Virus record (IMG/VR): IMGVR_UViG_3300035204_001665
Coordinates: 18,870 to 82,869 of that record
Direction: 5' to 3' (one strand)
DNA from: a virus
DNA length: 64,000 nucleotides
A model generated the notes under the pieces. It had not been told where the DNA came from. It worked only from the letters and a program-made list of their open reading frames with translations, and did no database searches. Positions 41,501-49,701 of the stretch are shown piece after piece (position 1 is the stretch's first letter; every line of letters starts with the position of its first letter). Made by a program: the position numbers and the translations under genes.

Positions 41501-44500
41501 GCTGTTGGGGTTGGTAGATAACAGATTTTATACCCAGAGTAAAGATTACCTTGATACGCTGGAGTGACCTCTACCCACGGCCTACAGAGAGAAGCGTCCA
41601 AACAGTCACTTCCTGTCGGTTCACAATGTTTTTCTACGACGGTAAATCTGGTCCCCCCATCCACATTTTGCACTAAATTTCCACTGTTATCTATAATCTC
41701 TACGATGTCTGGAGGATCAACCCCTTTGCATTCACTAGAGCAATCATTATTCGGTAATGGATACCCAACCCATATTCTCTTTCTCTCCCATTGAGTATAA
41801 GGTCTACCTTCTTCCAAGTATCCATCTGGAGAAGTATAAGGGATATTGCAGCAGTCTCCATATGTAGCAGTTGCCGTTACTGTCGGCGTGTCGGAAATCG
41901 TTGCCGTTACTGTCGGCGACGCGGATACAGACGCGCTTACTGTAGCAGTTTCTGTAGGTGGACATTCACAAGCCTGTTGACATTCTTGTTGGGATTGGTG
42001 TGCCCCCATTACTATCGCGTGTACTCCGAGTAGTCCATTTTGGACCGTCGGATACTCGGTACTTTGCATACAAAAAGTGGCTTGAGATGGGTTATTAATT
42101 TGATTCCATCTATCACATATGCAATACCAAGGTCCAGCTAAAGTAATCGTTGCGGTTGCCGTTGGAGTTAAGCTTACCGTAACGGTCGAGGTCACCGTCG
42201 AAGATGGGGTGACCGTAGGTGTAACGGTTTCTGTTATTGTCGCCGTAGGCGTGACTGTTAAAGTTTCTGTCTGGGTCGAAGATGGGGTAGTCGTAGCTGT
42301 AACGGTTTCTGTTATTGTCGCCGTAGGCGTGACTGTTAAAGTCCCTGTCGGGGTGGCAGTCAATGTATCCGTAAATGTCGCCGTTACGGTTGGAGTTTTG
42401 GTAATGGTTTGCGTTTGAGTAATTGTGGGAGTGAGAGTAACCGTTTTGGTTGCGGTCGGCGTAAAGGTTTCCGTTGACGTCGGGGTCGCAGTGATGGTCG
42501 GTGTAGAGCTTTCCGTTGGGGTTACGGTCACAGTAAGCGTAAGAGGTCTCGTAGCCGTAATTGTCGGAGTATATGTAATTGTTGGAGTAACTGTAGCGCT
42601 TACGGTAGCTGTGGCGGGACAATCATAAACTATAACGTCGCAATCTGCTGAAAAGTATGCATTTCCATCTGCATCTATAGCTTCGACATTAATATCTAAT
42701 ATATCCTTTTTTAAATCAAGAATCGTTAATCTAGAATAATGATAGTCTACAGTGCTACCCTCTTCTATTGTGTACCCGTTCCCCTGTAGACTAAAAGCAC
42801 TTAGGGAATCTAGTATGCGGCGATTCCATTTCCATATAATTGGTTCCGAAGCGCACCAAGACGGCGTTAACCTTGCTTCGACTACGGGAGAACTGGAGTA
42901 GCAGTGAGCTCCGCAGTTTTCTATCGTTAATACTGGTTCACATCTAGTTTTATTATGAACCAAAGCCCCTTCGGCGAAGTAGTTCTCTGTGTTTTCCACA
43001 GACAAGTTATAAACGGGTATTTCTTTTTCTATTAACCTCTTTCTCTTAACTTCGCTAAGAAGAATCTTATCCCTGTAAGGACACTCAGTACAGTCTCTTG
43101 TCCATAAATGTATGTGTAATAAATCTCCTTCAGAAATGTCCTTGACTGGCACATATTTGCCCTCACTAACATGTTCGTTGTCTTTGCAAACGAAGAACGG
43201 ATGATCCTCAGTTACCTTTAAGGTTTTGGTTAATTGAACGATTTTAGAAACAATTGTATTGTATTGAATTTCATAATATCTACTTGCTGTATGTTCATGA
43301 AGCTCTTTTACTTTATTTTGTACGGCTTTGAATTTGTTATTGTGTTCAATTCCTAAGACCTTTTCGCCTACCTCTATGTCCTCTATTCGCTTTACTCTAT
43401 TTTCTTTTAGCAGGACTTGGGTCCCCTTGGCAAAACAGGGCTCGCAATAATGAGTTAAATTAACTGACCTAACAGATGGTCCCTCGACTATGCTTATTGG
43501 TCTCAACGGATCCGGACCAAACAGTACCTTAGCCGTATACCAGCCCTCGTCCGCTTCTCCAAAATCTCTAATCTTTAATTCGCCCAATCCATATTGGCCA
43601 ACTATATATTTTTTATTAGCATATTCTGTATCGGTTCCCACTTTACCGTCTTTACTTGTGGCGATATACTTCCCGTCTTTAAACCATCTAATTTCATATG
43701 GAAGTGGTATTTTTTCATGATATCTAGGATCAATAGGCGGACAAACCTTGACGAACAAGATGGGACTTTCATGACACTTAATTGGCATTTGCTCGCTCCA
43801 ACAGTCATTTTCGTTTTCTATTAGAAGCTCTCTATTTCTTTGGTCGTCGAATCGTGTATCATTTTTAAATACGCAAACCCCCGAGGCTATTGGCCCATGA
43901 CAATAAGGCTTTAAGCAGTGAAAAGGCTCTGGCCCATAAATGGCTTCACACCAGACCTTGAATTCATCTACCCAACCAGTGAAAAAGTTTGTTCCGCTTA
44001 TTGTAGATCCAATTGTTCTAACATTCCTATACGGTATATCAGCCTTACCCGTAATCTTCTCTGAGCAATATGTCTCTGCCGAATTAATTCCATTAACAAA
44101 AAAGTTGAGTTGCCTATTTCTTCTCACTACGGCGTAGTGATTAAATTTTCCCTCCATTCCCCACTCTAGGTAACCGTTCAGAGTTCTTTCATTGTCGTCA
44201 TATGTGAACTCTTCATCGTAATAACTTAAAACTACCGGGTCGTATGATTCTTCGCCTGCTTCCCTATGTACTTCTACATCAAAACGACCCTCTCTATTAA
44301 ATAATTTTAAATTACCCCAATCGACCATACACTCTCCGCTTGCGCCGCTAGGGATTCCATCAAATAACGCATTAAATTCTATAGTAAAATCTTCATCAAA
44401 ATTGAGTGATTCAGGATCTGCCGTTAAGCCTGTACCAGATACTGCTAGTGAATCGTATCCAATTCCCGTAGCGGTTACCAAATCCGCCTTTTCTCCGGCG

Positions 44501-45000
44501 GCATGATTATAGTATAGATTTTCGTTTACCGTTATACTTCCGTTATCTGGAGCCGGCAAGGTTATTGCATTTACTGTACCAACCTCTTCATTAGATAATC
44601 CAGATGCCAACAGGACCCTATCTCCTTCATTAAAGGCACTTGGATCCCCAACATAAATTCTGTCGTTACCAGCACTAGCCCCGTACATCGGTCCAACAAC
44701 TGTAGCGGGACTAGCACCAGTAACAACAAGATGTTCACCTCTAAAACGCGCGGAAGCGGGAGGGGATACATATTTAGAGGTATCAAAAATAGGATAAGTA
44801 ATTATGCGTTGACTGATAGGTACAACGTCTGGGTTTAACCCGGTTATTTGCTGAAGAGGCTGGGTTCCGGGTCTACCCAATTTAATTAAAGTTCTAGATG
44901 AATCTATGAAATTGTTTTCAAATTTTAGCCACAAAGGGAAACAGGCAAGACGCCAATGAGCATTATTCCTCCTTAATGGTTGGACCGTGGACCGATTCAT
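38542..45000 (-). CDS. 2152-aa multidomain protein: LamG/concanavalin-like, Ig-like, Hint domain, Thr-rich stalks, Cys modules, Trp/Tyr-rich tail
   Basis: LamG motifs DFTIEF, NHYAVVR, FVNG, TIGS, FTGWVDEFKV; Ig-like IRWFKDG...LKI.....DEGWYTA; Hint CF...VHN; T-P-T repeats. Confidence 0.8.
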   Translation of the reverse strand: MNRSTVQPLRRNNAHWRLACFPLWLKFENNFIDSSRTLIKLGRPGTQPLQQITGLNPDVVPISQRIITYPIFDTSKYVSPPASARFRGEHLVVTGASPATVVGPMYGASAGNDRIYVGDPSAFNEGDRVLLASGLSNEEVGTVNAITLPAPDNGSITVNENLYYNHAAGEKADLVTATGIGYDSLAVSGTGLTADPESLNFDEDFTIEFNALFDGIPSGASGECMVDWGNLKLFNREGRFDVEVHREAGEESYDPVVLSYYDEEFTYDDNERTLNGYLEWGMEGKFNHYAVVRRNRQLNFFVNGINSAETYCSEKITGKADIPYRNVRTIGSTISGTNFFTGWVDEFKVWCEAIYGPEPFHCLKPYCHGPIASGVCVFKNDTRFDDQRNRELLIENENDCWSEQMPIKCHESPILFVKVCPPIDPRYHEKIPLPYEIRWFKDGKYIATSKDGKVGTDTEYANKKYIVGQYGLGELKIRDFGEADEGWYTAKVLFGPDPLRPISIVEGPSVRSVNLTHYCEPCFAKGTQVLLKENRVKRIEDIEVGEKVLGIEHNNKFKAVQNKVKELHEHTASRYYEIQYNTIVSKIVQLTKTLKVTEDHPFFVCKDNEHVSEGKYVPVKDISEGDLLHIHLWTRDCTECPYRDKILLSEVKRKRLIEKEIPVYNLSVENTENYFAEGALVHNKTRCEPVLTIENCGAHCYSSSPVVEARLTPSWCASEPIIWKWNRRILDSLSAFSLQGNGYTIEEGSTVDYHYSRLTILDLKKDILDINVEAIDADGNAYFSADCDVIVYDCPATATVSATVTPTITYTPTITATRPLTLTVTVTPTESSTPTITATPTSTETFTPTATKTVTLTPTITQTQTITKTPTVTATFTDTLTATPTGTLTVTPTATITETVTATTTPSSTQTETLTVTPTATITETVTPTVTPSSTVTSTVTVSLTPTATATITLAGPWYCICDRWNQINNPSQATFCMQSTEYPTVQNGLLGVHAIVMGAHQSQQECQQACECPPTETATVSASVSASPTVTATISDTPTVTATATYGDCCNIPYTSPDGYLEEGRPYTQWERKRIWVGYPLPNNDCSSECKGVDPPDIVEIIDNSGNLVQNVDGGTRFTVVEKHCEPTGSDCLDASLCRPWVEVTPAYQGNLYSGYKICYLPTPTASITSSLSKTATVTPTISLTSTPTISPTPTHSVPPCSEILFSAHNNNNPQNSVIIRESEAHRYPDGSCIHFTVNGVRYYHQVHSIGAPFNATVPTIGTVSVVPLNLVSNTTAYMPRFTEMCFCEFTHTHTVSATTTPTITATPTPTISLTKTGTHTATRSGTSTHTITATHTVPSCSKVVSCPDCSGNWWGKYTWSDPNSQHLGWRGVKNWIYVYADQVSKYKTGDCVYFIVGGTRYYYEITSFGAVENWFHQGELVRVYFNENLTVLSAWSYMCFCEFTHTATGSVTASATDTPSGTATHTATFTRTSTATVSLTPTVTSSLTATATKTGTVSATPTQTLSTHTYTGTASATPTTYTRYWKLCPCVSIDPNRIPVNVQLNGDCSSSPTDYVYVGSYIELPIGQYTILAAYGGMGGMLNCMKIISEVNGGDANPNGGGTIEQTALDTFTEFNPPTFHPDCYCGGTGTLTVTATETVTASATKTAPLTFTPSATSPYGPTGTSTATKGLCVDSPKLLAPWITRVTPSSNSNLTMTRWLRRQYTGWWSEYDQWTAHYTVRSSQPSITQVFSVTALDRNPFIKNTGGLEYHWYTPSLGEVWHSGGPSRTFTLTHSTNTYIYCRISYKNYGNGKDAKRCSETKYTYVIFYINYPACQAPTVSYGCPDWQAQRRGNYCTSSIVTTNGCHNDYQLVYQFYGNRNTPPGAAMMSRYRRGYTDNITISGSYKSARYEYSTNYWYKPDKLIITKDIYTPQHGDVITVDFKSECGTSRLSTTIHVRNNRAVTISSGWGGTTAAFWRYRQCYWNWWTGQVESYYYYSPTYWSGYFSIYPFWGTSCSYYRILKDGQPLTGYTPYSGYIYYQGAGFTIYYNTIRIMADRNAFPNKNHNITIEIYSNLPGPNNFAGAKKTSVTYSVVFADVPQIMSPWSVFNTHMPGQNDCYGWYGYPYYPWYWWGNWYWNWYYYQWYWYQYRWYRPYYYPVYNARINLR
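42197..42342 (-). repeat. 78-nt-period tandem duplication inside the Thr-rich stalk
   Basis: An identical 45-mer (tgtaacggtttctgttattgtcgccgtaggcgtgactgttaaagt) occurs at 42220-42264 and 42298-42342. Confidence 0.85.
42952..43437 (-). other. Hint (bacterial intein-like) autoprocessing domain, 162 aa, with no homing endonuclease
   Basis: Block A CFAKGTQVLL..RIEDIEVGEKV, block B VTEDHPF, blocks F/G VYNLSVENTENYFAEGALVHN; the +1 residue is Lys. Confidence 0.9.
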
Positions 45001-45024
45001 TTTATATTTTTTTTAGTATGTGTT

Positions 45025-45648
45025 TTAAATTGTAATCACAGAAGTACTTAATAAACTTTGGTCTTGGCTTAGACCTGTTTTAATATCATTAGCCATAGTA
45101 CAAAAATAAAAATCATTTATCCTTGTTGCCACCATTACATCTTTACTTCCAGAGGTCAGTGTAATGTTATCCCATCCTCCATCAAATTCATAAACTGGAC
45201 TAAAAGTCACACTGTTATTCCCTTGTCCAGCCTGCCTTAGAGCGACGCTAATGGTCCTGCCATTTTGCATATTTGTTGGCTCAGCGAGGATACAGCTCCC
45301 GCTGTGAGTTATGTCAAAAATATTGTATTCATTCGCGTCAGGGGTAAACGTCTCATTAGTAATATTTTGCGTCCATATTTTAGCGTAATATCTATCCGAA
45401 GCACACTTCCACCCTGATGGATCTACATAAGTTGGGGGATTTACCCCATTCGTACCCTCTAAAACCTCTGTGCAAGAAGCAGGGACATCGACCCCTCCCC
45501 CATGTATTCCAGAGGGCCCTATGGGGCCCGTGGGGCCAGTACCACCCACTGCTTCGGGTACATGACATATCGCGTCTTTTACATTTTCTGGGAAAGATTT
45601 TCCCTGCTTAAACCAACCTTTACATGAGTCTGCGTCTGATGGATGCAT
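45025..45648 (-). CDS. Short collagen-motif fibre protein
   Basis: Start reassigned to MHPSDADSC. Contains [13 protein letters not shown] and a C-terminal beta domain (PTNMQNGRTISVALRQAG) related to the end of 46834-47946. Confidence 0.6.
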   Translation of the reverse strand: MHPSDADSCKGWFKQGKSFPENVKDAICHVPEAVGGTGPTGPIGPSGIHGGGVDVPASCTEVLEGTNGVNPPTYVDPSGWKCASDRYYAKIWTQNITNETFTPDANEYNIFDITHSGSCILAEPTNMQNGRTISVALRQAGQGNNSVTFSPVYEFDGGWDNITLTSGSKDVMVATRINDFYFCTMANDIKTGLSQDQSLLSTSVITI

Positions 45649-45712
45649 TTTTGGACCTCTTCTAATATTATATTGAAAAAATGCCCAAGATATGATATTT
45701 TTATTACACAAT

Positions 45713-46837
45713 ATGAAACTGCATGCACTAGCGATTCCTCACACCGTTACCTCAAAAGAGTATCTTTCTTGTGCTTTTACCCAAAAAGTATTGAAATTTT
45801 GTCAAATGATGCACCCTCACTATGAAATTATACATTATGGTCATGAAGAGTCTGAAGTTTTATGTAGCGAGCACGTCACAGTCACAACAAATGAAACCCT
45901 AAAAGAGGCATACGGATCCTATGATTGGAAAAAGGAATTTTTTAAACATAACACTGGCGATCACGCACACCAGACTTTTTATCACAAAGGTAAACACGAA
46001 CTAGAGAAACGGCTAGAAGAGGGGGACGCAATCCTATGTTTTTGGGGGTACGGGCACCAACCGATTGCTTCAAGTTTTAGCGACAAGGCTTTCGTCATAG
46101 AACCGGGTATAGGGTATAATGCCGGTGGCGTGTTTGCCCCCCATAAGGTTTTCGAATCTTACGCAGTCATGCATGCTATATATGGTGATCTTAAAAAGGC
46201 TCATCCATCATGGTACGATGCGGTCATACCAAACTATTTTGATCTTGACGATTTTGAATATTGCGACGATAAAGATGATTACTATCTATACCTAGGCAGG
46301 ATCACGGAAATAAAAGGGGTTAATATAATCGTAGACGCGATGCAAAGAACAGGTAAAACACTTTTGGTCGCGGGTCAGGGGGATTTAAAAGATATCGGTT
46401 ACGATGAAGTTCCAGATAATGTAGTAGATGTTGGGTTCGCAGACGTAGAGAAAAGGAAAAAGCTACTCAAGAAAGCAAAGGCATTAATCTTACCTACGTA
46501 TTATATTGAGCCTTTCGGTGGGGTAACCGTAGAAGCCATGTTGAGCGGTACGCCTATCATTACGAGTGACTGGGGATGCTTCGCAGAAAATAACTTACAT
46601 GGAACAACGGGGTATAGATGTAGAAACATGGATCACTTCATCTGGGCGATAGAAAATATAGATAAAATAAAACACGAAGACTGTAGAAAATGGGCAGAAA
46701 AAAACTTTTCCCTAGAGAGAGTCTCTAAGATGTATAAAGAGTATTTATACGGAATAGAAAACCTTAAAGGAGAAGGATTTTACCATACAAACAAAGGTAG
46801 AGATAATTTAGACTGGATTAAGAGGTATTATCCTTAA
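45713..46837 (+). CDS. Glycosyltransferase, GT-B fold, family 4-like
   Basis: Start MKLHALAIPH; YLYLGRITEIKGV, PTYYIEPFGGVTVEAMLSGTPIITSDWG (E-x7-E motif), HGTTGY. Confidence 0.92.
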   Translation: MKLHALAIPHTVTSKEYLSCAFTQKVLKFCQMMHPHYEIIHYGHEESEVLCSEHVTVTTNETLKEAYGSYDWKKEFFKHNTGDHAHQTFYHKGKHELEKRLEEGDAILCFWGYGHQPIASSFSDKAFVIEPGIGYNAGGVFAPHKVFESYAVMHAIYGDLKKAHPSWYDAVIPNYFDLDDFEYCDDKDDYYLYLGRITEIKGVNIIVDAMQRTGKTLLVAGQGDLKDIGYDEVPDNVVDVGFADVEKRKKLLKKAKALILPTYYIEPFGGVTVEAMLSGTPIITSDWGCFAENNLHGTTGYRCRNMDHFIWAIENIDKIKHEDCRKWAEKNFSLERVSKMYKEYLYGIENLKGEGFYHTNKGRDNLDWIKRYYP

Positions 46838-47946
46838 ACAGAATAGTTTCCGAAAGCTGTGCCCAAATATATACCATCTGTATGGACTTTTACTATCTTG
46901 TAAAGGGTACTTTTCCCTGTCGTAGAAGACTGAGTGGGGACCGTATCGTTTTCCCAATAGATATTTCCATCAGAAGGGTTAGCCCAACTTAGGCTATAGT
47001 TGCCGTCTTGCTTAACCCTAATATAAAGAACTTGGCCAGCGCTTACATTACTCGGCTGAATGGTAGAATTGTCGCCTAAAACGCAATTAAACAAGTCAGT
47101 GCTCATTGCATTCAATGCTATTGTCCCCCCGCTTAAGGTTATACTTGTATCTGCTGCGCCCCTTAAGGTCCTCGGTCCAGTGGGCCCCAGCGGACCTGTG
47201 GGCCCCGAAGGTCCCGAAGGACCGCTTGGTCCAGTTGGCCCCGAGCTACCTAGATCTCCGCTGACATTTATATTCCAAGATGAAGTTTCTACACTACCCA
47301 CCCTCTTTATAACTTTGAACGACAGAACAGTACCATTAGGGTCATATTCTGTCACCGTTCCGACAAGATAATCTGTAGTCGTCGTCGGATAAGACAGTAT
47401 AATTATCTGACCAACTGTCCAGCATTTTAAAGACTGAGTTGTAACTGATACGATCGCGCCTTCCTGAGTAGTATTAGAAATTAAACTAAGTGATGTTCCA
47501 TTTACTGTACCTGAACAATCTGGCCCCGTGGGCCCTGTTCCGCCTATCGGTCCCGTCGGTCCCGTGGGTCCCGTAGGCCCCTGAGAAGGCCCTGTTGGTC
47601 CGACGTTGTGACCGTGGCATAATGTAATCTCATAATCCGTATCATAGACGTGCAAGGTTTGAACCGTTACGACCTCATTGGTTGTAGTATCTATCGCGTC
47701 AATTGTACTCTCTTCTGAGATCGGATTATTATTAGAGTCCCTGCCACTAATTGTTATTAATTCTCCCACCGTCCAGCAGCTAGCGCTATGTCCAGTTAGA
47801 TTTTCAAGAGTTCTAACTTTTCCGTCAGACTCCAGCCTTGTCCAAGTCGCATTCGGCAACAACAGACATGACGGACACCCTATAGGCCCCGTCGGCCCAG
47901 TCGGGCCCGTTCCTCCCAATATATTACCTAAATAAAATGTCGACAT
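46834..47946 (-). CDS. Collagen-like (GPT/GPS) fibre protein
   Basis: Three Gly-X-Y blocks dominated by GPT/GPS, separated by beta domains. Confidence 0.8.
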   Translation of the reverse strand: MSTFYLGNILGGTGPTGPTGPIGCPSCLLLPNATWTRLESDGKVRTLENLTGHSASCWTVGELITISGRDSNNNPISEESTIDAIDTTTNEVVTVQTLHVYDTDYEITLCHGHNVGPTGPSQGPTGPTGPTGPIGGTGPTGPDCSGTVNGTSLSLISNTTQEGAIVSVTTQSLKCWTVGQIIILSYPTTTTDYLVGTVTEYDPNGTVLSFKVIKRVGSVETSSWNINVSGDLGSSGPTGPSGPSGPSGPTGPLGPTGPRTLRGAADTSITLSGGTIALNAMSTDLFNCVLGDNSTIQPSNVSAGQVLYIRVKQDGNYSLSWANPSDGNIYWENDTVPTQSSTTGKSTLYKIVKVHTDGIYLGTAFGNYSV

Positions 47947-47966
47947 GTTCCCTCTTTATTTTATAC

Positions 47967-48644
47967 TTATTCGTCTGGATATATAAAAGTTAAAAGTCCA
48001 AATATATCTAATCCAGTGACATGGGCCTGAATTCCAGAAAATCCTATAAAATGTTCTCTATATCCTGTAACATACCAAGTCATGTCTCCCCCCAAATGCT
48101 GCATTCCCGTTCCGACTTCCATATATAAATGTGCTGCATCATAACACGTTTCTGTACATCCTGTGACCCCGGAAACTCCCGTATAATTATGCTCCCTAAA
48201 CGTTCCGAATTTGTTACAGACTTGAGCTCCTATATTATGATTATAATATAAATTTTCGCCGCTTAATCCAACGAAATCCCGACTCCCGTCATTCGCTATT
48301 CCTGAGACTGTCCTAGTCTCCTCCCCACTCGCACCACAGTCTACAATCATATGGTCTCCGCTTGCAAAAAGATGCGGGTTTGTGACGTAAACGCCAGTAT
48401 CCCCGGCAGATGCATTATAATAGTCTAGTTCCGTACATCCCCCTCCGAATCTAAAAGCATATACAAAATTAATTTTTGGTATATGTTTAACACCAGCCAC
48501 ATATAGTTCTTCATAATTACCAGTTTTTCCATCAACCAAGTCTCCACTAATTACAGGCGAAGATAACAACTCTAGCCCGCAAATCTGCTGAGTACGTATT
48601 TGATCTGCACGAAAAGTTTTTGAGTTTGGGTTACAAGATGCCAT
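47967..48644 (-). CDS. Hypothetical structural protein
   Basis: Shares an ASAG....V.....F..GD......EE...V......ENLYYNH module with the 2152-aa protein. Confidence 0.6.
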   Translation of the reverse strand: MASCNPNSKTFRADQIRTQQICGLELLSSPVISGDLVDGKTGNYEELYVAGVKHIPKINFVYAFRFGGGCTELDYYNASAGDTGVYVTNPHLFASGDHMIVDCGASGEETRTVSGIANDGSRDFVGLSGENLYYNHNIGAQVCNKFGTFREHNYTGVSGVTGCTETCYDAAHLYMEVGTGMQHLGGDMTWYVTGYREHFIGFSGIQAHVTGLDIFGLLTFIYPDE

Positions 48645-48646
48645 TT

Positions 48647-49588
48647 TTATATAATAATATTTCTTATGTCTATAGTCCCGTTGGGCGGATCATTAGGAAA
48701 AGATAACGTAGTTCCATTTAAATTATAAGTACTGGGGTCCCTTATTAGGCCATCGACAGCGATAATTAAATATTCTTTACTTACTGGGGCATGTGCGAGC
48801 TGGTATACGCTAGCGCTTCCATTTCCATTAAATGATTCGTGTACTAATTCTAATTTTGGTTTCCATTTTAATTCGTTTCCTAACCCATCTACGACAACTG
48901 GATATATGTCTAACGCTCCGGCTTGGTCCATCGTTTTAATCTTTGCTTTTCCGCTCACTTCTAGCTCCACCGTTGGTACAGATTCATTTATCCCAAGCGA
49001 AGCGAAAGCTTCTCCGTCTTCATTTATTCCACCAATATAATATAAATTTGTTCCATTGATTGCCCCATCATCATTAAATAATATTTGCCCGTCATTTCCG
49101 CCCGGCAAAACAGAAGGCCCTGTCGCTCCCTCTGGCCCTGTTGCTCCCACGACTCCAGCTATGTTTACATTCCAATTAGAACTAGAGGCAGATCCCATGA
49201 CTCTGTAGTCTACGGTAAAAGTTAGAGATGTATTACTGTACTGAATCACTCTTCCCTCTAAATGGGCATCAGAGCCAGCTGTCCTATCAAATATTCTAAC
49301 TCGAGAGCCTTCTGCATAAGCTAAATCTGCGGGTACGGTTATCGTAACATTTTGCCCCGGTGCGTTCGCTGGAAGACTTAAGTCTAAGTTCGTCGTGGAT
49401 ATCGCTGTATAACTAGGGCCAGTCGGTCCAGATGGGCCCACCTCTCCCGCTGGGCCCGTGGGTCCAGTAGGCCCTCCAGCTGGACCCGTAGCCCCAGATG
49501 GTCCCGTACTCCCAATTGGTCCTATTGGCCCAGTCGGTCCTGTACCGCCTAATATGTTACCTAAATATATATTTTTAGATTGAGACAT
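48647..49588 (-). CDS. Collagen-like fibre protein
   Basis: Start reassigned to [24 protein letters not shown]. It has GXY repeats, [25 protein letters not shown] and a C-terminal FNGNGS...YQL...VDGL..P..Y domain typical of phage fibres. Confidence 0.8.
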   Translation of the reverse strand: MSQSKNIYLGNILGGTGPTGPIGPIGSTGPSGATGPAGGPTGPTGPAGEVGPSGPTGPSYTAISTTNLDLSLPANAPGQNVTITVPADLAYAEGSRVRIFDRTAGSDAHLEGRVIQYSNTSLTFTVDYRVMGSASSSNWNVNIAGVVGATGPEGATGPSVLPGGNDGQILFNDDGAINGTNLYYIGGINEDGEAFASLGINESVPTVELEVSGKAKIKTMDQAGALDIYPVVVDGLGNELKWKPKLELVHESFNGNGSASVYQLAHAPVSKEYLIIAVDGLIRDPSTYNLNGTTLSFPNDPPNGTIDIRNIII

Positions 49589-49644
49589 AAAACCTATCGC
49601 TATAATATAGCATACTATTATACTTTTCGGGAGTAAAGTAATAC

Positions 49645-49681
49645 AAAAAAACCCGCCCTCATACAAAATAAAGGGCGGGTT
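49645..49681 (-). terminator. Rho-independent terminator
   Basis: AACCCGCCCT...AGGGCGGGTT stem followed by a T run on the minus strand, downstream of 49702-51645. Confidence 0.75.
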
Positions 49682-49701
49682 ATATGGTTATAGCGTGAGA
49701 A

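Noticed and set aside
35400-42620. CRISPR array or non-coding tandem repeats
   Set aside because: The repetitiveness is in-frame Thr/Ser/Ala/Pro coding sequence with no constant repeat and unique spacer pattern.
42952-43437. Mobile homing intein
   Set aside because: There is no endonuclease insert and no C/S/T at +1, so it fits a BIL-type Hint domain better.
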